Shown here piece after piece: positions 50,659-62,740 of a stretch of DNA of 64,000 bases. The notes under the pieces are model-generated. The model worked only from the letters and a program-made list of their open reading frames with translations, was not told where the DNA came from and did not search any database. Position numbers and translations under genes: made by a program. Each line of letters opens with the position of its first letter. The stretch's first letter is position 1. The DNA lies in the NCBI RefSeq assembly GCF_009834535.1, contig NC_045697.1, positions 12,836,001 through 12,900,000 of the forward strand. Reading direction: 5' to 3'. The DNA is from Camelus ferus (taxonomy: Eukaryota).

Positions 50659-52900
50659 AGAAGAGTCGGTATGAGCTCTTCTCTGTCTGTTTGATAGAAT
50701 TCCCCGGACTTCCACTTGCAGGGAGTTGTTTTTTATTGCTGATTCTATTCCACTTCTAATGATTGGTCTGTTCAAATGATCTATTTCTTCTTGATTCAGC
50801 TTTGCTGGACTGTATGTTTCTAGAAAGTCATCCATTTCTTCTGGGTTGTCCAATTTATCGCCATATAGTTGTTCATAATATTCTCTCTCTCTCTCTTTTT
50901 TTTTGTATTTCTGTGGTGTTGGTTGTAATTCCTACATTTTCATTTCTTATTTTGTATATTTTGCCCTCTCTTTTTCCTTCTTGATGAGCCTGGCCAGAGG
51001 TTTGTCAATTTTGTTTACTCTTTCAAAAAAACCCAGCTCTCGGTTTGATTGATTTTTTTTATCATTTTTTAAAAAATCTCTGTTTTATTTATTTCCTCCC
51101 TGATCTTTATTATTTCTTTCATTTTGCTGACTTTAGGTTTTGTTTGTTCTTCTTTTTCTAATTCTTTTAGGTGATAGGTTAAGTCCTTTACTTGAGATTG
51201 TTCTTGTATTTTGAGGAAATTAAAGAAGACTTAAAGAAATGGAAAGATATCCCATGTTCTTGGGTTGGAAGAATTAATATTGTTAAAATGGCCCTATTAC
51301 TCAAAGCAAGCTACAGATTTAGTGCAATCCCTTTCAAACTACCCAGGACATTTTTCATAGAACTTGAACAAATAATCCTAAAATTTATGTGGAATTTACA
51401 GTTTTCATTGAAATGGTCAGCCTGCACTCAGTCTTTGCTGAGCACAGTAATCAAAACAGCATGGTATTAGTACAAAAACAGACATAGAGATCAATGGAAG
51501 AGTATAGAGATTCCAGAAATAAACCCACAGACTTCTGGTCAACTAATCTTTGACAAAGGTGGCAAGAATATATAATGGAGTAAAGACAGTCTCTTCAGCA
51601 AATGGTGTTGGGAAAACTGGACAGCAGCATGTAAATCAATAAAGTTAGAATACTCCCTCACACCATACACAAAAATAAACTCAAATGGCTTAAAGATTAA
51701 AGCATAATACAAGACACTATAAACCTCAGGAGAAACATAAGCAAAACATTCTCTGATGTAAATCTTAGCAACGTTCTCCTAGTGCAGTCTACCTAGGCAA
51801 TAGAAATAAAAGCAAAAATAAACAAATGGGGCCTAATTAAACTTACAAGCTTTTATACAGCAAAAGAAACCATAAGCAAAACAAAAAGACAACCTACGGA
51901 ATGGGAGAAAATATTTGCAAAAGATGAGACTGACAAGGGCTTAATTTCCAGAATAAATAAATAGCTCATACAGCTTAATAATAGTAAAATATTAACAACC
52001 CAGTCCAAAAATGAGCAATTCTCCGGTGAAGACATACCAATGGCCAATAGGTGCATGAAAATATGCTCAGTATTGCTAATGATCAGAGAAACTGAAAATC
52101 AAAACTACATGAGGTATCACCTCACATCAGTCAGAATGGCCATAATTAAAAAGTCTATAAATGATAAATGCTGGAGAGGGTGTGGAGAAAAGGGAACCCT
52201 CTGGTGGGAATGTAGTTTGGTGTAGCCATTATGGAAAACAGTACAGAGATTCCTCAAAAAACTAAAAATAGACTTACCATATGATACAGCAATCCCACTT
52301 CTGGGTATATATCTGGAGGGAACTCTAATTCATAAAAGATACATGCACCCCAATGTTCATAGCAGCACTATATACAATAGCCAAGACATGGAAACAACCT
52401 AAATGTCCCTCAAGAGATGACTGGATAAAGAAGTTGTGGTACATTTATGCAATGGAATACTACTCAGTCTTAAAAAATAATAAAATAATGTCATTTGCAA
52501 CAACATGGATGGACTTGGAGTTTGTCATTCTAAGTGAAGTAAACCAGAAAGAGAAAGAAAAATATCAAATGATATCACTTATATGCAGAATCTAAAAAAA
52601 AAGACAAGTGAACTTATTTACAAAACAGAAACAGACATGGAAAACAAACTTATGGCTACTGTAGGGGGAAGGAGATGGGAGGGAAAAATTGGGAGTTCGA
52701 GATTTGCAGTTACTAACTACTATAAAATAAATAAACAACAAATTTATAGTGTGTAGCACAGGGGGCTATATTCAATATCTTGTAGTAACCTACAATGATA
52801 AAGAATATGAAAGTGAATATGTAGTTGATTGAACTGTTATGCTGTACGCCAGAAATTGGCACAACATTGTAAACTGACTATACTTCAATTAAAAAAAAAA
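50659..52900 (+). mobile_element. Young L1 with 5' inversion
   Basis: 50659-~51215 is ORF2 on the minus strand (MDNPEEMDDFLETYSPAKLNQEEIDHLNRPI). ~51212-52900 is ORF2 on the plus strand ([27 protein letters not shown]...), then 3'UTR and poly-A. Confidence 0.92.
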
Positions 52901-53151
52901 CTGAAAGAAAGGAAATAATAATGCAACATATGTATAATGGCAGTAATTGCAGAAGATGACTAACAAAACAATAGAATTTAACAGATACTAGAAAATAGAA
53001 TTCAAGTAAATTTTCTTAGAATTAAAAAAAGACTTGAAACGACATGTTGAAAGACCATACTACATCCCTTTGAAAATACCCAGAAAGATACCTTTTTAGC
53101 ATAATTATGGACTTCAGAGAAATAAAAATCCTTCACACATCATTCCAAAAA

Positions 53152-53388
53152 CTTGGAGTGAATTGGAAGTTCGAGATTTGCATGTGCTAACTGCTACATA
53201 CAGAATAGATAAACAAAAAGTTTATTCTGTATAACACAGGGGACTATATTCAATATCTTGGTAGTAATCTACAATGAAAAAGAATATGAAAAGAAATATA
53301 TGTATGTATATGTATGACTGAAACTTTATGCTCTACACCAGAAATTGACATAACATTGTAAATTGACTATATTTCAGTTAAAAAAAAT
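53152..53388 (+). mobile_element. 5'-truncated young L1 3' end
   Basis: Collinear with 52685-52900; ends 'gtaaattgactatatttcagttaaaaaaaa'. Confidence 0.9.
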
Positions 53389-54707
53389 GAAAAGATATAG
53401 ACATTTATAAGCAAAAGAGTATCCGATTGTTGTCTAAATTTGTGAAATTTATATTTTATGTAAGAGGACAATGTAGTAATCTATGTAAGAAAATGTAGAA
53501 AAGAAAATGTAAGCCAACAATTGCATGTCTAGCCAAACTGATGTTAAAATATATGACATTTTACATAACACAGACATACTATTATTAGCATACGTAATGT
53601 TAGTTAATATTTCATGAGTCCTTCATAAGAAATACACTAAGGAAGGATTATAAGATGACAAAAAGGCCTAAAAAGTCACTGTCATTAGTATTTACAGTAA
53701 GCATTAAATATAATGTTATCAATAGAACTGAAATTAGGGAGAGTGAGGAGAGGAAAAGGAAAGCAGAATGAGTTTACTGATTGCCTTCTGGATGTAAGCT
53801 GGGGTTAAAAGTGTATCTTCTCAAATGAATTGCAAGGAGACAGAGGAGAGGGAAAAGAAAAGATTCTACCTAACAACCTCACTTATAGCAGAAAATGAAT
53901 AGACTTTATCCAAAAAGACAAAGAAAATACTAATTAACAGGTATTATGTAAAGAAATTAGTATAAATGCAACTATTACCAAAAAATATAGACATGTCTAA
54001 ATATTAAAGATATGCAGAGAGAAGAGTGAGAACAAGGATGAAAAAGGAAGGAGAGAGAGACAGAGACAGAGACAAGGAAACACTAGTCAAATGACATTAA
54101 AGATGGAAAAAAGTAGAGAACGCAGAAGACCAAATCAGCTAACCAAGATTCAGTTAGAAGACAGAACCACTCTTTGCGCTCAGGTATAATTGTTTTCATG
54201 TAGAAAAAGGGGTTTAAATATCAGTCATAAGAGTCAGAGGGGCAGAGATCAGAGAAGCTACTGCTGAAAGTCAGAGGGTCTCCTGCAAGTCAAAATAATC
54301 AATACTCAAGCCTCAACCCAAGGTACCAAAATGGATAATTCTCAAACTGGCTGCTTCTGCAACTCTTGAGAGTCAGAGAATTCCCCACCTAATATCTCCA
54401 CTTGTAGTGGAGAACCAGGTAAGTCTTAAGAGTTGTCAGGAATTTCTTACGTGCCCATATGTCTGGCTGCAGCTGCTTCAAGAGAAGAACATCTTCTCTT
54501 TCATTTTGATCTTTTAAATTCATTTAAGTTCCCCATACCTGCAGTCTTTTACCCAGAGCCATACACAGAAGGGCATTCTGGGAAATGCATTGCAGAACTT
54601 GGGGATAAAGATGACGCTGAGGTAACAGCATATATGCCATCACAGTAAGCAAAGAAAGTCATACAGTATGCTGTACATAAGAAGTCATCTAAAACAAAGA
54701 GGTTCTT

Positions 54708-54930
54708 TTTTCCCCCATTTTTAAATTAAAGTCAAGTCAGTTTTCAGTGTTGCTTCCATTTCTGGCATACAGCATGATGTTTCAGTATGTGTATACATAC
54801 ATATATTTCCTTTCATATTTTTTTTTCATTATAGGTTACTACAAGATACTGAATATAGTTCCCTGTGCTATACGGAAGAAACTTGTTGTTTATCCATTCT
54901 ATATATAGCAGTTAGCGTCTACAAATCTGC
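54708..54930 (-). mobile_element. 5'-truncated young L1 3' end with probable TSD
   Basis: Homologous to 10880-11085. Flanks aagaggttctt (54697-54707) / aagacattctt (54931-54941) are followed by AA, resembling an L1 endonuclease site. Confidence 0.88.
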
Positions 54931-56874
54931 AAGACATTCTTAAGTGTTTAAATTAAAATGGATACAGCTACACAAGGTAATTGCAAATTAAAAAATAAAA
55001 GAGTCATGAGTTTGATATCTGACAAAGTTGAATTGAGCTCAAGAAACACAGAGACAAATAAGAACACTTTTACTGTTAAACTCTGTATTTAATAATAAAG
55101 ATATGAGTTACTAATATGCATGCATCGAATATGTATCACAGCAATGACTCACATAAAAACAAACTATATAGCATACAAGGAAAAACGGACAAAATATAAA
55201 AATGATATAAATAGTATTCCCTCACCATAGATAGCACAAATAACATTAAAAAAGATGTCACATGGATATTTTATGTTTGAATTGCTGCTAATAATTTAGG
55301 CAAAACATAACATTTTATTGTATTTAAATTGCATGTACTTTATATGTAAAATTGTATATACATATATCCTTTTAAATTTCTAATTCTGTGAACTGTTTAT
55401 TTACGTCTTTTGTGCATTTTATCTGTTGGTTTCTTTGCCTTTTTGTAAAAGGTTTATAGGAGATTTTTGACATTCCATATTGATGTCCTTTGCTGTGGTC
55501 CAAACGTGCTACAAGATCGTATCATGGAATTCGAGCAATTGTGTACGTCCAAGCCAGTCTACTAGAGCCACTGTTGAATATACTTAACCTCTTCTTATAA
55601 TTGAGTTCTGGCTGCTTTGTAAGTGGGTGACTCCATTTCTATGGCTTCTGGCTGGAATTACTTCTGCAACCTAATGCATTATATATCCCTTCTAGGCGTC
55701 TTTCATTTATCACCATTACTTAATATTTACAACCAAGGTTGCAGCTAATTCCCTTCACCCCTTAATTTGATTCAGTCTTTATTTTTGCTGCCTCACTGGA
55801 TTCTTTATTGTTTTCAGATTTTTCCATCTGGCACTAGGCCCCAGTTTTATGGGCATTTTATTGACATTGTTTAATTTATTTCAAAATAATTTCCACACTA
55901 GTAAAAATACATTTCCAAATGTATGTACTTCAGCTCTCAGAAATATCCCATTATGTGAATCTCATTCCTCAGTGACAGTGGAAAAATGTGTTTATGGGGT
56001 GGATGAGTTTGGTTATGACAACAATTCTATTTCTCTCCCTTAGATAAGAAAAATGAGTGAAAAAACTGAACTGTGAGTCTCAGTAAAAATGTGCAATTAT
56101 CGTGTTGTCATGCAGATCCAGGCCTCTCTGCTTAAACTTATTTTAAAGAAATAGAAAATACACTGGTTAAGACTACTTTTCTTTTCTCTCTCTGTATTCT
56201 CCCTCCCCAGGAAGCCATGTCTTGTCTGGCCAATGTCTAGGGCTCTACTATACCAAGAAGAGATCTCCTGGTTGAAAACTTATCAAACAGGAGACTCATT
56301 TGGAAACACTGATGCATTTTGATGCTAGGTTATGTAGACGATATACCTTGTTGACCTAACTGTAATTTTTCAGTTGTCTTATTCACACTAATTAAGCATG
56401 ATTCAGGTTACATATTATTTCTGTCTTCTCCATTCCATCCCATTAATTTAACTCTTAACTTTCATTCCGTAAGTATTCCATATTTGGCCTAGATATTATG
56501 TTTTAATCATTTTATGCTAAATTTTCTGTCTTAGGGTATAAAAACATTCAGTTCTCAAATTTCAAAGGAAAACTGGATCTTGAAGGATAAGGAAGGTTTA
56601 GACCTGTGGGGAAAGGGGAAACAATATTTAGAGAGAATAAAATAGTTTTAAATAAGATTTGGGTGCCTGTATATATAATATTTCATACATAATGGTAATA
56701 CCCTGTTTACTGCATTTTACCTTCTATTATTACTTATGCTATAATAATTTAAACTTTAAATGCATACACCATATAATTCTATTGAACACATATTTTACCA
56801 TAAGGAGTTTGGGATGAGAATTTCACTGATTGATGCTATATGATTATACGTTCTCTTTACTCTTATCTATCGGT

Positions 56875-57080
56875 TGTAAAGATCAGGTTAAGAACATACA
56901 CCCTGGAAAAAGATTATCTGAGTTTGGGTTATGTCTCTTTCTTGCAATATAGTCTCGGTCAAGTTACTTAACCTTTCTCTGCTTCATTGGCAAATATTAA
57001 TGCCGCATTTACCTCCTATGGATATTGTAATGATTAAATGAGTTTGCATATGTTAATGGCTTAGAAGTGCTTGGCATCAT
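56875..57080 (+). mobile_element. MIR SINE
   Basis: 'ggtcaagttacttaacctttctctgcttca...tacctcctatggatattgtaatgattaaatgag...cttagaagtgcttggcat'. Confidence 0.8.
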
Positions 57081-58023
57081 AGGGAGGAGTATGAAACCAA
57101 AGACACTTGGGCGGGAGGCAGATGGAAGACATAGTCTAAGGCCATTTCAAACTATTCTTAATAATTAGTTATTTGTTACACCATTTCCATTTCTAATCCT
57201 GTCTCCTACATATGAGGTTGCCTATGTCTTAAAGTAGCAAGAAGTTCTAAACTATGAACTAGTAGATAATAGTTGGAAATCAAAACAAAAGTCTTATCAT
57301 CTTTTCTTTCTGCAAGTCAAAGGAACTGCTGGAGGTTGTGTTATGAGGGTCTACAGAGCAAAACAAATCTTGAGTCAGATAATCAATACACTAATAACGT
57401 ATCTTAAGGTAAAACTTAAGATAATTTCAGAGGGTTTTAGATTGGTTCAGCAAAGAAGAGGTTAAAGGAGAGGAATCTTATATTTTGATTAATGAGTCAA
57501 GAAAACATGGCATAGTTGGCTCAGAATACTCTATTTATCTTCACCCTACTTGATTCATTATCCAAAACTCTTCAAATATTTAAGCACTGTATTTAGAATC
57601 AGATATTGGGCACTTATTCCAGCAATTTTAATATTATATTTATCTTTGCTGAAAGCTGTATTTGTACATAACAATGTTTATAGAGATTAAAGAGATTTTT
57701 CACATCTCTGAAGGTTTATGCTGTGTAATCATGTTAACAACATTAAGCAGGCATTTAAGTGCCAAAGATATCTGCTGTTATAAAGAAAATAGTTCTCTTA
57801 TCTATTGTACTGTGATCCTAGTCTTGTTTTAAGTACTGAAGATAAAATTGATAAAAATGAATGAACTGACAATAGATCAATGGAACAGAATAGAAAGCCC
57901 CCAGATAGTTCCACATAAATATGGCCAATTGATTTGTGACAAAAGTGTAAAAATTTTTGATGAGAGAAAAAATTGCCTTTTAAAAAAATGGTGTTGAAAC
58001 AAGTAGTCATTCATTTGCAAAAT

Positions 58024-58051
58024 GAAAAGAAGGAAAGGAAGGAAGGAAGGG

Positions 58052-58097
<46 letters not shown>

Positions 58098-58116
58098 GAA
58101 GAAAGGAAGAAAGAAA

Positions 58117-58178
<62 letters not shown>

Positions 58179-58192
58179 AAAAGAAAAAGAAA
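58024..58192. repeat. (GAAA)n/(GGAA)n pure-purine tract, 169 nt
   Basis: Seen directly. Confidence 0.97.
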
Positions 58193-58526
58193 TTCAAACT
58201 ATACCTTTCTCTTTATATCTATGAACTACAAATAATAATGCTGGAGAGGATGTGGGGAAAAGGAAAGCCTCCTACACTGTTGGGGGGAATGTAAATTGAT
58301 GCAGCCACTATGGAAAATAGTAGGAAGATTCCTTAAAAATTAAAAATAAAGCTACCACATGATCCAGCAAATCTACTCCTGGGCATATGTCCAGAAAAGA
58401 TGAAAAACTCTAATTAAAAAAGATACATGCACCCCAATGTTTATATCAGCACTATTTATAGTAGCCAAGACATGGAAACAGCCCAGGTGTCCATCAACAG
58501 AAATTGGCTTAAGAAGATGTGGTGTT

Positions 58527-58608
58527 AAGAAAGAAAGAAAGAAAGAGAGAGAGAAAGAAAGAAAGGAAGAAAGAGAGAAAGGAAGAAAGAGAGAAAGAAA
58601 GAAAAGAG

Positions 58609-58667
<59 letters not shown>
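58527..58667. repeat. (GAAA)n pure-purine tract, 141 nt
   Basis: Seen directly; interrupts L1 between 'aagatgtggt' and 'ttactcagccataaaaa'. Confidence 0.97.
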
Positions 58668-58668
<1 letters not shown>

Positions 58669-60989
58669 TACTCAGCCATAAAAATAATGAAATACTGCCT
58701 TTTGCAGCAACATGGATGGACCTACAGACTATCATACTAAGTGAAGTAAATCAGACAGAGAAAGACAAATATAGGATATCACTTATATGTGAAATCTGAA
58801 AAATAATACAAATGAATCTATATACAAAACAGAAGCAGACTCACAGACAGAAAACAAAATTATGCTTACCAAATGGGAAAGGTAGAAATAATAAAGATCA
58901 GAGAGTAAATAAATAAAACAGGGACCAAAAAAAAAAAAATAGAAAAGATTAATATAACCAAGAGTTTGTTATTTGAAAGGATAAATCAAATTGATAAGCT
59001 TTTAGGCAGGTTCATTAAGAAAAAAAGAGAGAAGAGCCAAATAAAATAATAAACAAAAGAGGAGAATTTACAACCAATATCACAGCATTACCAAAAATCA
59101 TAAGGGAATTCTGTGGATGGTTATATGCCAACAAATTGGACAACTTAGAAGACATGGATAATCCTAGAAGCATACAATCTTTCAAAACTGAATCAGGAAG
59201 AAATAGACAATCTACACGGACAGTTCATTAGTACTGAAATTCAGTTGGTAATGAAAAAACTTCCAGGAAGAAAAGGCCAGGACCTGATGGCTGGCTTCAC
59301 AATGGAATTCTACCAAATGTGTAATGAAGAGCTAGTACTTATTCTTCTCAAACTATTCCAAAAAATTGAAGAGGAGGGAAACACTTCCAAATTTATTCTA
59401 TGAGGCCACAATTACCCTGATACCAAAACCAGACAAAACACTACCAAAGAAAAAAGGAAATTACACACCAATATCTCTAATGAACACAGGTGCAAAAATC
59501 CTCAACAAAACATTAGCAAACCAAAGTCAACAATATATAAAAAGTGTCATACACCATGATGGAGTGGGGTTTATTCTAGGGATGAAAAGATGATTCAGTA
59601 TCTATAAAACAATCAATGTGATATAGCACATTAACCAAACGAAGGATTAAAAATCACATCACCATCTCAATAGATGCAGAATAAGCATTTCACAAAATTC
59701 AACATCTACTTATGATAAACACCCTCATCAGTGTTGGTATAAACACCCTCAATGTAATAAAGGCCACTTTTGACAAACACACAGCCAACCTTATACTCAG
59801 TGGTGAATAGCTAAAAGTTTTTTTTCTAAAATCAGGAACAAGGCAATGATGCCCACTTGATATAATGTTGGAAGTCTTAGCCACAGCAATCAGAAAAGAA
59901 AAAGAAATAAAAGGGATCCAAATTGGAAGGGAAGAGGTAAAGTTGTCACTATATGCAGATGACATGATACTATATATAGAAAACCCTAAAGGCTCCACAC
60001 AAAAACTACTAGAACTGATAAATGAATTCAGCAAGGTAGCAGGAAACATTTAACAATCTAAATATTAAGACTGGAAGCCGTAGCACTCCTAAAAGAAAAC
60101 TTAGGCAATACATCCTTTGACTTAAGTTGTAGTTATATTTTTTTGTGTCAGTCTCCTCAGGCAAAAGATACAAAAGCAAAACTAAACAAATGAAACCTAA
60201 TTAAATTAAAAGCTTTTGCAAAGCCAATGAAAGTACTGACAAAACAAAAAAGACAACCAACTGAATGGGAGAAATTATTTGCAAAAGATGTGTTTGATAA
60301 GGGATTAATATCCAAAATATATAAAAACTTATATAACTTAATATCAAAAACCAAAACAACCCAATAAAAAAATAGGCAGAAGACCTGCTTAGACATTTTT
60401 TTCCAAAGAAGACATTCAAATAGCTATGAAGCACATGAAAAGATGCTCAACATTATTAATCACCTGAGAAATGCAAATCAAAACTACAATGAAATATCAC
60501 CTCACACATGTCAGAATGGCTATCATCAAAAAGACCACAAACAACAAATGTTACCAAGGATGTGAAGAAGAGGAAACCTTAATACACTGTTGGTGACATT
60601 GTAAACTGGTGCAGTCATTATGGAAAACAATGTAAACTGGTACAGTCATGGAAAATGGCATGGAGTGTCCCCAAAAAACTAAAAATAGAACTATCATATG
60701 ATCCAAGATTTCCACTCCTGAGTACATATTGAAATAAAAAAGGAAACACTAATTCAAAAATATATATGCACCTCAATATTCATAGCAGCAGCATTAAAAT
60801 CGCAAATATATGGAAGCAACCCAAGTGTCCATCAAAGATGAATGAATAAAAGAGAAGTAGTACATATATATTTATTATATATGTAATTATAATAATTATT
60901 ATAATGTATAAAAAGAAGACTAAATATCTAATTTTCTTCCTATAATTAAGATGTAAGACAAATTAAAGGGAGGGTTTGCCAAGCACACT

Positions 60990-62740
60990 CCCACCTTTCT
61001 GCATTTCAAGCAGAAGTAGCAGGAAGTGCTTAACTGGATCAGGACAGGTACTTGGCAGACTTTAGAGGAAGGAAAAGGTAGTGAGACAGGAGCACACTGA
61101 GTAGATTGGGGGCGTTGTAGGACATGATGTAATAGAGCCAATGGGGACCAGATCATATGGTACCTTCTAGGCTACTGTAAAGATACTGGCTTTTATTTTG
61201 AGCAAGATGGAGTGTCATTGGAAAATCTGAGAATAAGAGTGCTAGGATCACTCTAGCTTTGGGTGAAAGTAGACCCAATTATGGCAAGCATGTAGCAGAG
61301 AGGAAAATTAGAAGAGTATGGAAAGAATCCAGATGAGATATGATAGTGGCTTAAACAAGTGTGTAATGGCAATGGCATTGAAAAGTGGTTCAGTTCTGTA
61401 TATTTTTAGAGGAAATTTGCTTTGGTGTGGGGCATAAGAGAAATAAGGGATTCAGGGATGGTTTGGCCTGAGCAACTGGAAAGTTTGAATTGTCATTAAA
61501 CGAGATGAAGAAGACTACAAGGGAAGCAATTCTGTGTTGGGGGGAGAAATGAGGTTACCACTTATAGAAATACTAGTTTTGAGGTCTTTATTAGTCATTC
61601 AAGTGAAGGTGTCTAGTAGGTAGTTGTGTCTGCAAGTCTAGGGTCCTAGGGAGAGACTTGGACTGAAGATATGAATGTATACGTTGTCAGACAACTGTTG
61701 ACATTTAAAACGCTGGGTTTGGAAGAGATGACTTAGAGATTGAGTATAGATGGAACAGAAGTGTGAGGATTGACACTCAAGAATTTCCATTGCCTAGAGA
61801 TCAGGATACATGGAGAAATTGACAAAGGAAAATAAAAAGAAGCTGTCAGTGATGTAGAAGGAGGACCAACTGAGGGAGATACCCCATCAGCTAAGCTGAA
61901 TAAGTAAGTTTCATGAAGCGGCTGATGATTGTGTCAGATATTGTTGGTAGGTGAGGTAAGGTGTGGGCTTATCATTGAAAAGAGCAGTTTCAGTGGAAAA
62001 AAGAGTTGAATGCTTGATCTGTTAGGTTCAAGAGAGAATGCGAGAAGATCACTTGGGGACATAATGTACAGATACCTGGTTTGAGGAGATTTTTTCTATA
62101 AAGGATAATGGAAGCTAGGTGGGGTTATGAGGTCAAAGGAGAATTTCCTGTTGGTTTTTAACTTGAGAATAATTGCAGGATATTTATGTGCTAATGAACA
62201 GAATCCAATAAAAAGTAAAAGGTGATGATTTTCAAATGCGCAAACAACCACTACCTTAGTCGATGAGAAAGGAAGAATTCTAGAACACCACAGTTGGGAC
62301 TGGCTTTCGGTGCATGAAGAGTACATTCCTCATTAAATGGGGTGAAGAAGAACTCTGTGATATAAAAAAGTAGTTTTGTAGTAGATATTTTGGTCAGAGC
62401 CTGTCGATTTACCTTCTGAATTTTTTTTTTTTTTCATTTTATCAGTGAGGTAGATCCTGAGCCATAAGCTGAGAATAAGGTGTTGAATGTTCGAGGAGAG
62501 AGAACTTGTGAAATAGTAATCTAGGAATAGAGAAGGGAATAAATCTGTGCTAGGACTTTTGGGCATAATGGCCTGTGTAAAGTTAAAGTGGAGGCATTTA
62601 AAGTGTATGCCTAGCATGGTTTTATCTAACTGAATTTATTTGAACAAGTATAGGTGGGACATACATAGTGAGCTGGAATTTTGCGAGGTAAATACAACAC
62701 AGTGAGAGATGGGCAAGGAAGTTTATGGTATAAACAAGAA
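60990..62740 (-). mobile_element. Long L2 fragment
   Basis: 'ccagatcatat...ctgtaaagatactggcttttattttgagcaagatgg', 'ttggcctgagcaactggaaag', 'agagcagtttcagtgga', 'ttcaagagagaatg'. Confidence 0.82.

Larger units (their letters stand above)
52900..55250 (+). mobile_element. Ancient L1M ORF1/ORF2-start relic hosting younger insertions
   Basis: 'aaattttcttagaattaaaaaaagacttgaa..tgttgaaagacc', 'atttataagcaaaagagtatccgattgttgtc', 'atatctgacaaagttgaatt'. Confidence 0.5.
57870..60910 (+). mobile_element. Composite L1 cluster including a disrupted ORF2 RT domain
   Basis: ORFs [18 protein letters not shown]...[14 protein letters not shown] and [41 protein letters not shown] (RT YADD motif); the segments are out of canonical order. 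Confidence 0.92.

Noticed and set aside
54150..54645. Possible old LTR (LTR16/33-like) with a plus-strand donor CAG|gtaagt at ~54418
   Set aside because: The family could not be assigned confidently, and the implied 11-nt exon has no other support
57877..58799. Lys/Glu/Arg-rich and Phe/Leu/Ser-rich ORFs
   Set aside because: They are translations of (GAAA)n arrays and decayed L1
59366..60053. Reverse transcriptase with YADD motif as a novel or active RT system
   Set aside because: It is ordinary L1 ORF2 with stops, frameshifts and deletions, and is not functional
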